From Sphyrna mokarran (Eukaryota), in contig JAGIQG010000009.1 of the NCBI GenBank assembly GCA_024679065.1, forward strand, positions 41,726,001 to 41,790,000: DNA of 64,000 bases, in the 5' to 3' direction. This document shows positions 26,736-39,770 of this stretch, one piece after another. The notes under the pieces are model-generated. The model worked only from the letters and a program-made list of their open reading frames with translations. It made no database searches and was not told where the DNA came from. A program made the translations under genes and the position numbers. Each line of letters opens with the position of its first letter. The first letter of the stretch is position 1.

Positions 26736-29577
26736 AAAGCAGAGTCACATTCGTAAAAGAAAAGGTTTCAACTGCCAAAATCCCTGCACTGTACATTATC
26801 CCAAATGTAAAAAGTGGTCAAAAGATCTGCACTCAAACTGATGCTGCTGCTATATGGAAATATTAGTTAAAGGGGCACAATCGTGTCTGAGCATAACTGT
26901 TCAGACAAACTTTTCTTCCTGCAGGCACTTGTGCACATGCATCCACTGCTCTAACCTAAACTCTAAATCATGACAGAACAGCGGCAATTGGTCACTGACA
27001 AATTCACAGCTTGCAAGCATTCTGTTACCACATGGCACTATGTGTTTCTGGTCCACAAAGCTCGTTTTTTGGCTTTATAGCTATTGTTGCGTCATTAGTC
27101 TGGGCAATACCATGAGGCATAATTCTCTATATCAATCGCATCTACATTATTCGTATATGTCAATGATTATGTTCAATATAAATCAAGAATTACAATAATG
27201 AAGCATTTCACACAAGAAAAAAATCAGTCACTTAACATAGTTTCATAAAATATCACAGGCAATCAAACTCACAATAAAACATATTTTTGCCATTTGACTT
27301 TTTGGAACTGCTTGAAAGAATGGGTTTAAGAGTTACATGCGGGCAAAATTTCCTATTCTTTCAGTAGGAAAATGTAATTTTCAGATATGTCTTATGTAAA
27401 TTCCATCTATAATGTATGCTGCAATTATATTTCCCTTCATCTGATTTACAGAACACAAAATATAGGTTTGAACATTTCAACACATTGGCCCAGATTTCAC
27501 TTGGAAAATAATGAAGAGTTTTATGCATATGCTGTTACAAATGTATAAATAACCCAGCAATTTATGCTGTGAAAGGGACACACCTCGTTGCAAATCACCA
27601 CAAATTGCTGGATTATTTCAGCAGCTAACTTAACATGAGCATCTTGAAAATGACAGCTCAGCACCAAACTTTTTGCATGTTTCAAGAATTTACCACATTT
27701 ATGCTTTTAAGATAAATTAAAATCACCACGGAGTTAGGGTTTAGACTGAATATATAACAATCCATTTGATGATAAGATTTATGATCCTGGCACGCCACTC
27801 AGTCCCTCCAGCTGAGAAGAGAAACAATTAAAACTTTAGAGTCTTACTTCTGCATTTAGCAAGCTGATTATAGAAATTTCTAAAATGTGCCTGTTAATTT
27901 TTTAAAATTTTTTAAATTTATATCTTTTTATCTCTCTTAATCTAATCTTCTTTCCCCATGCTTTATTTGTTTCTAACACACACTATTTACTTTTCAATCT
28001 CTATTCTTTTCTTCTGGCGTCAAATTACATTGGTAATCAGGTAAGCCATCAGTTCCATCAATCACGAAAACCTTAGATGTCCCATCATTAACTGCACTAT
28101 TAGTAAATTGCTAAGCAAAACATTTTCAAGGTGAAAAGCAGAAAAAAGATTCTTATAAATGGTCCGTGCTTCAGGAAATTATGAGTCGTGCAGTCACTAT
28201 TAAACCTCCGATTATGGACTCAAGAGGCCCTGCCATAGAACAATTGAAAAAGTTAACATTCTGCTGAAAAGTTAATATTCTGCTGAAATCCTATTTTTCA
28301 TATCGAATACTTGACAAAGTTTTAAAAATGCCACAAATTATTCATGTCATTCACATTAAAAATTATAGTGGGAGTTTTATTTCTGAAATAATTTTCTCAT
28401 TAAAATTAAAATAAAAACAAAAAGGGAAAAAATGAAAAGCATTTCAATGATGCTGACAAATCCTATTTAAGTGTATATTTTTTTGTAAGGTAATGCTCAT
28501 ACTATCCAGATGGTAAATACAAAAAGAAAATACACTCCATTTTACAGCTGGTGTCAATCACATTCTCTGGACCCCGGGGAAATGGTCTGCATACAGAAAG
28601 ACAGCATTTCATGTGGAACATGCATTTAAATGCATAGTTAATTTATACTGAAAACTTTATCTGTGCTAAATAAAGTACAATTTATAGGAAATGTCTTTAT
28701 TCCAAGGTTATTATAACCTTGTTGACCAGTTTAAATTACAAGCAACTTAAATTTTCCACTGTATTATGAATGATCTAAATTGAATTATTAAGGTCAGAAT
28801 ATTCTGTTTCTTCAGTTAACTCTTTAAAGTTTGAGTAACGTGTATGCTTGCAGCATTTTCAACAAAAACGAAAACTTGCTTCACAGATTCGATTACACAA
28901 TGAACGAAATTTGACACTTCTGGCAGCAATAGTTATGTTTCCTAATTCCAAAATATGATCGTTCTCTCATTAATTATTCTTAAATTATTTTCCTGTCATT
29001 TAATTTATCATTTTCAATGCTACTCTTTTTCAGCTTTTTCCCTACAAATCATCACAAAAGTAATGTATGTTTTCATCATACTTTCTTAATTTCTAATTTC
29101 CAGATTCAGAGTTCATAATAGTGGAATTCAGAGTTCCGTATACTTTTAAGTTTCTTTGTTATGCATTATTTTTGAATATGTTTAAAATCTTTTATATTTC
29201 TCTGTATTGGTAATACCTGTTTGGCAGAACTATCAAAATCTTTGGTCAGAAGCTGTTTTCTATCCAGCCACAGTACATCCAAAAATTAAACAAGTACCAG
29301 AAATTAAAACCTTGTGTTTAAAAACAGGTTCTAGCTTGGCAAACAAATAAAAATTGAAACACATCAGTTAGTCAAATTGTACAGTTTACTTTAATATGTG
29401 ATCCTATCACAAATGATGCAATTTTAAGTAACTAAACATTCTTTTCAAAAGATGTAATTTAATAACAGACCAAATTAGTTAAGCCAACCAAATATAAACA
29501 TTATACAGACCCCAAGTAAATATGAAATGCTAAGCATAAATTGTTTAGAAACCAATGAGACTTTTTAATAAATAAAA

Positions 29578-30640
29578 CAATAGAAATATAGAAAGCTTAC
29601 ATCATTGAAGGAAGCCATTCAGCCTGTTGTGATCTTGCTGGTTCTCCACAAGAGCAACATTGCTGGTTACATACTCTCATCTTTCCCCATAACAGTATTT
29701 TTTTGTCTCCGGTATTTATGCAATTCCCCACTGAAATCCACAGTGCATTCCATGTCCGTACTACTTGAAACGTGAAAAGTTTCTCATGCATTATTGCTTC
29801 TTTTGCAGATCACCATAAATCAGTGCTCTCTGGTTCTTGACCCTGCTGCCAACAGGAACAGTCTCTCCCCATCTGTTCTGTTGAGGACCTTCATGACCTT
29901 GAACACTTCCATTCAAGCTCCTTTCAATCTTTTTTCTCTAAGCTTAGCAGCACCACTTCTGTGACCTATTCTAACAAACGTAGTCTCTCATCTTTGGAGC
30001 TATTCTCATCAATACTTGCTATACCCTCTCTAAAGCCTTCACATCCTTTCTCTATTGTCCAATTCTGGAAGGAACATTATACTCCAGTTCAGGCTGAACC
30101 AATATTTTACAAAGATTTATCTTAACCTCAATGTATTTTCATATTTATAAAGCATAGGATATTAATGCCTTTTAAACCGTATTCTTAACTTGTATTTCCT
30201 CTGAACTTCTTATATGGAACCTGGTTTTCATTTGCATTCATCACTTGACATCTATTATACATCCCTTATTCTGCTTCATCTTACTTCTATTCCTTTTGTC
30301 ATTAAGGAGTTGGTTGATCTACCTTTCTACCTTGAGAAAACATATTTCAACTGTACTGAACTATTTCCAATTTTAAGGAAACCCATTGTTCCTTTTGTCT
30401 TTCAAGTATTCAAATTACCCAAGGCATATCCATTCTCATCCTACTGATATTGACCCTTTGCCAATTAAGTATTTTTAGTCTGGATTGTTTCATGTCCTTT
30501 TCCATAAATAACCTAAACCTTATAACATCGTGATCATTGTTCCCTAAATGTTTCACTCCTGATATCTGATCTACCTCATTTCCTAGAGCCAGATTGAGCA
30601 ATGCGTCTTCTCTATTGGGCAAGAAATATGCTGACCCTTA
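29578..30640 (-). mobile_element. Degraded CR1 LINE pieces
   Basis: ORF 29597..29791 'FTFQVVRTWNAL'. ORF 30410..30622 'REDALLNLALGNE...HLGNNDHDVIRF'. Confidence 0.75.
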
Positions 30641-30954
30641 AAATATTCTTTTTTAATGATGACATTTACGGAGGGCTGAAGGTCATAAATTGAACTCAAA
30701 AGATTTGTTAAATAAATATTTTAAATTCAAAATTGATAAAACTGAAAAGAGGAAACAGAACATGTCCATAACAAACACGAACAAAATCCATTGCAAATAT
30801 TGCAGAGATAGGGACTCCAGAGACTTTACTAAATTATTTCCAAAGTTCTATCCCAATCATACTTGACCAATTAACTAGTTGGCATTTTTAGCAGAAACTT
30901 TTACCAGGGTTGAATTTGTTAACTAATTCTCTATTGTAACCAAGGAATTTCTCA

Positions 30955-33900
30955 TGAAAAATACATAACTTTTATCGCACCTTTGATGTAACAAAAAATA
31001 CCAAAGCACTTCACAGACACATTTAACCTAAAATTTGCTAGCATAAAGGCAATGTTGGAACAAATGACCAATGGCTTGGTTAAAGTGGCGCATTTTAAAA
31101 AATCTCTTAGATAGATAGAAAGTGAATCAGTGAGGTTTAAAGAGGGCATTCCAGAGCTCAGGGCCTAGGTTACTGAAGGCAAGGTCACCAGCTGCGGAAC
31201 AAGTAAAATCAGGGACACTCGAGAGGCCAGAAATAGTTGATAGTTACCTCAGCGGGTTATGGAGCTGTAGGGAATAGAGGTAAGAAAGGATATAATTTGG
31301 AAGAATTTATAAGCAAAGAAGTTTAAAATTGGCTTGATGCTTGACTTGGAGCTAATGAAGGTCAGCATTCATAGGAGCAATAGCTGAATGGGATAGTGCA
31401 AGTAAGGAAATGGGCAGCAGAGTTCTGGATGACCTCAAATTAATTGAGGGTATTATATGGGATGCCAGCCAGGACTCATCAAGTCTAGAAGCAACAAAAG
31501 GGTGATTTGAGGAGTTCAATAGCAGTTGAGCTGAGGCCAGGGCAAATTTAGGTAATGTTACACAGAGGTGAAATAGTGATGCCTGGCTATATGGTAAGAA
31601 GATCATGTCTATGAAACCAAGGCTGAAGACAGCTTGGTTTGGCTTCAGACTGTTACTCATGCATTGATAATGTGCTATTCTTATATTTTATATTTCTGTA
31701 GAGTGTTTTAAGATTCAGTACTTTGTTTCCAAGTAGTTGGAGTGTCTGGAAAACATGCAGCTCAGATTCTGGAAGGAGAATAATTACTAATTTTAGCCTT
31801 GCAATGTTTATTCAGGAGAATATTCTGTGAGAATAAATGGAGAATTCCCCTTTTTTAATTAAAAGAATGGAAGGTTTTGTTTAGGAATGCAAGATCATGT
31901 AATGTAATTAAAGGGTTTGCAGCAGAGAAACAGCTTTCTGTTTCAATCTAAAATTCAGTTGATGTCTGGAATTTTTTAAACACAGAAGTCTGCTCTTCTC
32001 CACAAAACATCTCTGAAAGCTTCAAGGCTGTTAACCCAATTCATAGCAAGTATATCTGTGTTTGTTAACTATATTTAAAGCAGGTTTTAGTTCGGGTTTC
32101 TCTGCAGGGCATAATGTCAATGCAACTATCCAAGTTCATGGATGTCCTTATTCACAAGTGAATTGTCATTCTTGAGGAAGATTCATGGAGGAGAACTGAG
32201 AGCTGATCCACTGTCAGAGTCCCCAGGGTCAGCAGTGAAAGTGAGTGAGTTGGACAAGAAGTAGATTAGCAAGATTAATCCCAGCAGGCACAACAGATGG
32301 GAAAGTCAACAAGATAATGTGATGGAGCAATTGGAGTTGCTGCTTACATTAAGCCAGTGCCATTTGCATCAATGAACCAGTTGAAGGATGCCAAAAAAGA
32401 TATAGAGGAAGTTTGGAATCTTATTTTGCAAAGAGTCAAGCCTGGGACAGTGGCAAGATAACAGAAAGGTTAAGGACTAATGAACAATTAGGGCCAAGAA
32501 TTAGGAGAACAGTGTAACTGAAAGAGAAGGGAAAGGAGAACCAAATTCAATGGCTTCCATTTTCCTAATATTTAATTGCAGGAAATTTCTCCTCTGCTGG
32601 TACAGTATAATTTATCCATAGTGAAGGAGTTGAGAGAGGTGATAGAACATAGAACATTACAGCGCAGAACAGGCCCTTCAGCCCTTGATATTGCGCCGAC
32701 CAATTAAGAACAAGCAGTGACCCTCTAACCTAAACCATTCCGTTTTCATCCATAAACTTATCTACTAACCTCTTAAACGCCACCAAACTTGGCACATCTA
32801 CAACTGACGCAGGCAAGGCATTCCATACCCTGACCACCCTCTGGGTAAAGAACCTACCTCTGACATCTGTCCTAAAACCACCACCCCTTAATTTAAAGCT
32901 ATGTCCCCTCGTGCTAGCTTTCTCCATTCCTAGGAAAAAGGCTATCACTGTCCACCCTATCTAAACCTCTAATCATCTTATATGTTTCAATAAGGTCTCC
33001 TCTTAGCCGCCTTCTTTCTAACGAAAACAACCTCAAATCCCTCAGCCGCTCTTCATAAGACCTGCCCTCCATACCAGGCAACATCCTGGTAAACCTCCTC
33101 TGTACCCTCTCCAATGCCTCCACATCTTTCTTATAATGCGGGGACCAGAACTGTACAAAATACTCCAAGTGCGGCCGCACTAGAGTTTTGTACAGTTGCA
33201 ACATGACGTTGCGGCTCCGAAATTCAATCCCCTACCAATAAAAGCTAAGACTCCATATGCCTTCTTAACAACCTTATCGACTTGATTGCCAACTTCCAGG
33301 GATCTATGCACACATACACCAAGATCCCTCTGTTCATCAATACTATTAAGAGTCCTACCATTAGCCCTATACTCTACACATTTGTTATTCCTGCCAAAGT
33401 GAATTACCTCACACTTTTCCACATTAAACTCCATTCGCCACCTCTCGGCCCAGCTCTGCAACTTGTCCAAGTCTCTCTGCAAACTATAACACCCCTCTTC
33501 ACTATCTACCACTCCACCGACTTTAGTGTCATCTGCAAATTTACTAATCCATCCTTCAATACCCTCATCCAGATCATTCATAAAAATTACAAACAGCAGG
33601 GGCCCCAAAACAGACCCCTGAGGTACACCACTTGTCACCGAACTCCACGATGAATATCTCCATCAACCACCACCCTCTGTCTTCTATCTGCTAGCCAATT
33701 CCTAACCCAATTAGCTAAATCACCCTCTATCCCATACATATGCATTTTCTGCAGAAGCCTTCCATGGGCCACCTTATCAAACGCCTTACTAAAGTCCATA
33801 TATACCACATCAACCGCCTTACCCCCATCCACCTCTTTGGTCACTTTTTCAAAAAACTCAATAAAGTTAGTAAGGCATGACCTACCCTTCACAAAACCAT

Positions 33901-35700
33901 GCTGACTATCCCCAATCAATTCATTTCTCTCTAAATAACTCTAAATCCTATCCCTAATAATTCTCTCCAATACTTTGCCCACAACAGAAGTAAGACTCAC
34001 TGGCCTATAATTCCCTGGAAGGTTTCTCTTCCCCTTCTTGAAAAATGGGACCACATTCGCTATCCTCCAGTCCTCCGGAACCACACCCATAACCAACGAC
34101 GACCTGAAGATCAGAGCCAGAGGCTCTGCAATCTCCTCTCTTGCCTCCCAGAGAATCCTAGGATAAATCCCGTCCGGCCCAGGGGACTTATCTAACTTCA
34201 AACCCTCAAGAATATCTAGCACATCCTCCTTATCTACTTCAATACTTTCCAGTTTGCAACCCTGTATCCCAGTGTTCTCCACAACTACATTTACATCTCC
34301 ATGTTTTGGTGAGGTAGGGCTGGATGCTGTTACCTTAAAAACTGACACCTTTCATCACGGAGCAGTATGTGGATGAGAAACAGTAAGGAGCCATGGATAG
34401 ATTCTTTGGAAACATCGAAGGTAACTGTGCAGAATTAGGGAATTAGGGCTGGATAATAAATGCTGGTCTTGCCAATAGCCCATGAATAGAGAAGCCATTG
34501 TGAGCAATTCTCTGGCTATGATTAAATAATGAAGAATGGAACTGAGCAATTGTAGGCCTATACAGTTGGATGACAAGAAAGTTTGCCTTTATCACAATCA
34601 TGTAGAGTATCGTTTGTGACTTCAATAAGGGCTATTTTAGGCTGGGACAGAAACTCAATTGGAGGGATTCAAACATCGGGTTCCAGGGAAGATGACCATG
34701 GACTTGGGAAGCAACAAATATTCAAGGACTTCAAAGAGAAAGGGAGATTGAGAGTAGCAGTGATTTGCAAAGATGATGGAGACAAGGACTATGTTTTCTG
34801 AGGAGAGGGATAATGACAGCAGACATAAAATGAAAGAGGTACAGAACCTCAGACAGAGATGGAAGCAGAAAGTGAGAAGGATGATCACTAAGACATTTAC
34901 TTCTAATTGTTGGATAGCAACAGGTCACTATATGTCTTAACTGATTGATATATTTGTCGTTTGGGTATGCATTATACACAAATGTTGATGAATATCAAAT
35001 GAGCATAATAATTAAACTTCAGGGAAGAATGGCACTTTGTAAGGACAGAGGAGTCAAGTGTGTTTTTTTTTAAACGAAGGAGATGGAGATATTTTTAAAA
35101 TTGGGGATATTATATATAGAAAAGTGAGTTCTTCACAATTTCAGTTAGTATGGAGCCAGGAAGGAAAGTTAAATGGTCAGTAGGTTAAATGAGAATGAGG
35201 TCAGGAGAGTAGAAGGTGACAAAGTGACAAGATAACAAAAGTTGTAATAAAATGAGAACAGACATAATCTCAGGATTAAAGCAGGTAAATCTTGGGGATG
35301 CTTAGCTGGCAGACAAGGAGAACGGAAGAAATGAGTTGAAGCTGACAATTACAGACTCAGCCTTAGTGACAAATCCATGAATTCCTCATACTTGTTGGAT
35401 GTAATATTGAATGAAGATGGATTCAGAAGATAGCTTGGTAGTGAAAGAAAGAAGCTAAGAATCTCTTCATCTTTCAACATGATTCTGGATTTGAGGGTGG
35501 TTTTAGCAGAGTAAGGTGAAGCCAGAGGAAGCTGCTAGAAGAGTAAACCACTTTTGGCAGAGAAGAACCCATCTAGTCAGCTTTCCCTTTTTGTGATTCT
35601 AGTAATTCTGAATTGCATTTTTTGAGAAGAATTGGTCTAGTTCCTTCTGGCAAACCTTTAAGACCTCTTTTTCCAATGTCTGAATCAGTAATGTCTCCCA
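30955..35700 (-). mobile_element. Old L2 LINE interrupted by a young CR1 at 32644-34299
   Basis: L2-type 3' end at ~30970-31015. 'FVASRLD' in ORF 31352..31660. 'ANHCYSQSPFLFEVLE' in ORF 34655..34888 is a decayed NYRPISNLPFLSK.LE motif. Confidence 0.7.
32644..34299 (-). mobile_element. Young 5'-truncated CR1 LINE with near-intact reverse transcriptase
   Basis: Consecutive ORFs contain NYRPVSLTSVVGK, DFSKAFDKV, GVPQGSVLGP, KFADDTK, RPHLEY and FFTQRVV, broken by only a few frameshifts/stops. (agaacat)n tail. Confidence 0.95.
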
Positions 35701-35702
35701 AA

Positions 35703-35920
35703 ATTTGATTTAATTTACTATTGTATAGGGATACAGTGAAAAGTATTGTTTCTTGTGCATTATGCAGATAAAACATACCATTAATACAGTACATAAGGAA
35801 GAAAGAAAGATGCAGAATATAGTGTTCAGTCATACATAGGGTGCAGAGAAAGATCAGCTTAATATATGGTCAGTCCATTCAAAAGTCTGATGGCAGCAGG
35901 GAAAAAGCTGTTCCTGAGAC
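35703..35920 (-). mobile_element. Rex1/Babar LINE 3' end
   Basis: Homologous to 52803-53020 and, in the opposite orientation, to ~59530-59628. Confidence 0.7.
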
Positions 35921-38869
35921 AGTTAACTTAGTCAGTAAAAAAAAAGCTGTCCCTCCATTTCCTATCTTTTTTGTTGTCCAATGTGGCCAAGTGCGTCTGA
36001 AATGCTCAGTTAAACTGGTATGTTATACATCTTACTTTTAACAACATCTTACACATCTGAAATTAACCTGGAGTATTATACAGCTTACTACCGCTGCTAT
36101 TTGGTTGGAGATGCATTTTCTTCAATTTTATAAACATTAATAGAATCCATTTATTTTTTTATAGTCAGGAGGTTAAGTTTTATTATGCATTGTACAGTTA
36201 ATAGTACAAATCTTGCAATAACTGCATACGTTTTAAATTAAAAATGGATTGAGAAGGAACAATCCCAGTCATTATGCAGTTGCACCACCAACCAGATGGT
36301 CACAAATTCAAGACTTGGCGCTGCCTGTCATTTCAGTCTAGCAGCTACAGCTGGGATGAGTTTGATCAGCCATAACTAGGCTGTAGAATGGACAAACTAC
36401 TATTTCACTTTGAAAAACCCATCTACCAACTCAATACCTGTTGGCTAACCACAGATCAGGCTTCCTCTTGTGCTATTAACAATGTTACAGTGTGTAGGTC
36501 ATCCTGAGACAAGAGGAACTAAAATATTGGAAGAAAATAGTGCTGAGAATCTTGTCAATAATTTAGATTTCATTGTTGAACTGATTAAATTTTGAGGAAA
36601 GGTTGTTCAACTGATTTCAGCCTGGTCACATGATTACCTGAAACACACTTCCATCAAGTGTATCTAGATATATCTCCACTAAAGGGGTGAGGTAGAGCAA
36701 AGAGATCTAAAGCTGTCTAGATGACGGAAGAGATAGAGATTAAAAAGAAGAAAAAAAGTATACTTATGATAGATAGCATGTAGATTATGCAACTGAGAAT
36801 CAACTGCATATAGAACTCATCATTTCACAGGCCAACCTAAGTGAAGGAAGCATGGGACTAATGTCCTTGCATGAGGGGGAAAAAATATCACCACCCATCT
36901 TTGCATAAATTCATAAAAATAGCTGCCTTAATGAATCTAGCCAGGGAAATAGTATTCCCTTACTGGTACTGAAAGCATTGCAGCACAGCTCCATGATAGC
37001 TGTAAAAATCTATTGGCATAGGCACAGATTTTGCCATAGACCATACACTGCAGTCAACCACATCTCCAGTCATCTTGACTTGTGAAATCACTGGAAACAG
37101 ATGCGCAAGATCAGGAGAGGGGGATTGGCCAAGCACAATCCACCTCCACTGTAATCAACTCACATGCAGGCACTTCTGAGAAGCAAGCTGTACCAATTCC
37201 TTCACTCAAATCCCATTATGTTCCAAAATGCATTTGATTATTATTCATCTGAATATGACAGTATATTGCAGGCAAGACAAAAGAAGAAATGGGGACTCTA
37301 TTTCGATTCTTGTAATGAACAAGCTCTACCTGATAAAGACAAGAGCTACCTACCCCAGCACAGAACTGCTCTGGTTGGTAGGGAGTTTTATGATACAACA
37401 TTGACAGTGCTACTTTAAGTAAAACACTGAGAAGAGGGCCAGCTAACAGAGCTATCAGCAGGCTATATATTCTTCTGAATAGGCAAACCAGAAAATAAGA
37501 ATTTATAGCCAATGTCATCTTTGCTATCAAGTCTAACATTACTATTAGTCTGGACACTTTCCCTGTAGGAAAAAACAATTGTCCCACGACTCTCTGACTA
37601 TCTCTTGCGAACAACAAACATACAAGAAATATCAGTGTAGAAGCTAATAATGACTTGCTCTGAGGGTATAAAGGGCAAATTCTATGGAGAGCGAGGCAAA
37701 TGCTCCACAGGAAGACAAGCTCGTTGTGATGGGGGACTTCAATGTAAGGGTAAGACCACTTGGCCCATCGAGTCTGCTCTGCCATTCAATCATGGCTGAT
37801 ATTTTTCTTATCCCCATTCTCCCACCTTTTCTCCATAAATCCTGAACCCCTTACTGATCAAGAATCTATCTATCTCTGTCTTAGAGACACTCAATGACTT
37901 GGCCTCCACAGCCTTGTGCGGCAAAGAGTTGCACAGATTCACCACTCTTTGGCTGAAGAAATTCCTCCTCAGCTCTGTTTTAAAGGATCAGCCTGAGGTT
38001 ATGCCCTCTGGTTCTAGTAAGAGTTGACTATGAGGTTTGGGATACTGCCCCGGGGATTCAAGGTATGGGGAAATACAGCAGTAGTGCCATGTTTCTCCCA
38101 CGTCTTTGCGCCCACTGGATTATGTTAGTCGCCAACACCACCTTTAAACAGAAGACGAAGTACAAAAAAAAATTGGATGCACCCAAGATTTAAACACTAG
38201 CATCAGAATGTCTTTGACATAACTTGGCAGGGCAACATAAAAGATGTTACAATCACCAGTGTTACGAGAGGAGCAAGATAACCACAGATGACAAGATCCA
38301 ACATCCCAAGATGAAATCTATTAACTCAATAGAAAGAAAACCAACATGTACGAGATCTCCAGCAACTTGAAGAGACTAACACCCACAGCGTGTTGCAAAT
38401 ATTTCAGGCTTCGACTTAGAGAACCGCTCTCCTTCAAAGAAAAGTCAAGTAACGATGATGAAGTGGTGTGGTCAACTATCTCTGGAAGCTGCCAATGATG
38501 TCCTGAGTATATATAAAAGGAATCACTGAAATTAGTTTGATAAAACTAGTGATCCAGTTGAAGAACTCCTATGGTAGAAAACTGCAGCACTGGTAGGATG
38601 GCTTGGAAACAAAGATACATCTGGTGCTACAAAGTCACTCCAGAAGAGCAAAAGGAATTTGCAACAGAAGTTGCATTCTATACAAGGTGTATGATGGCCA
38701 ATCATGTCAGACAGTTTCAGGTATACTGATCAGCACATTACGAAGAATTGTTATAGCGCCCTGAAGACACGTACAGTCAATCCCCACATGGTTACTCTCA
38801 GCACTGATGGATAGGTGGATTGTTATCAAAAAGCACTGGGCTGAGCATTTTAGGAGTGTGCCTCAAGAC

Positions 38870-39770
38870 AGGCAGTGTAGTGGTAATACCACCGAATTGG
38901 TATTCCAGAGATCCAGAATAATGCTAGGTTTGAATCCCAATGTGGCAAATGGTGAAATGTGAATTCAATAAAAATTAAAAGTCTGATGGTGAATTATTGT
39001 AAAAATCCATCTGGTTCATTAATATCCTTTAGGAAAGAAAATCTGCTACCTTAACTTGGCCTGATGTGTATTTGAATATTGATCCACAGCAATATGGGGG
39101 CCTCTCAAATGCTCCCTGAAATGGCCTGGCAAACACAGTAGAATCAAATTGCTATGAAGTCTATAAGGAATGAAATCTATAAAGAATGAACCACTTGTCA
39201 TTAACAGCCACATTGACTGTACAAAGTCCTCCTTACTAACGTGAAGAGTTATGCCGAAATTGGGAAAGTTGTCCCACAGACTGGTCAAGTTTGACAGAGT
39301 CATCCTCACAAAATCATACATAGAATCAAATAATTCCTATAGTACAGAAGGAGGCCATTAGGCCCATTGAGTCTGTACCAACCATGTTTCACCCAGGCCC
39401 TATTCCCGTAACCTCACATATCCACCTGCTAATCCTCCTGACACTAGGATCAATTTACCAGGGCCAATCAACCTAGCCTGCACATCTTTGGACTGTTGGA
39501 GGAAACCAGAGCATCCAGAGGAAACCCACACAGATATGGGAATAAAGTGCAAACTCCTCATGGACAGTAACCCAAGGCCAGAATTGAACCTGGGTCCCTG
39601 GCACTGAGAAACAGCAGTACTAAACACTGTGCCATTGTGTGGCCCTTACATAATGTCACATATCACCATTTCCCAGGTCTCTCCTGTCAATGGGGCAGCA
39701 GAGGTTGCTCAAAGTGGTAAGGACTAATGTGCGGGACTGGATAAACAACCACCCATATAATGACAGTGAC
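38870..39770 (+). mobile_element. 5' end of a CR1-clade LINE with a tRNA-like head, interrupted by a V-SINE (39318-39640, minus)
   Basis: A-box-like gtgtagtggt and B-box-like ggtttgaatccc (38927-38938), followed ~300 nt later by the endonuclease start. Homologous to the reverse complement of 62340-62680. Confidence 0.6.

Noticed and set aside
28246-28288. Short direct repeats (also 50750-50789, 12902-12973) as CRISPR-like arrays
   Set aside because: Only two or three adjacent units with no unique spacers, in a vertebrate intron. These are slippage or repair products.
37216-37785. Longest ORF in the track (189 aa, minus)
   Set aside because: It is the antisense shadow of the RTE endonuclease remnant plus a CR1 tail, with no recognisable domain.
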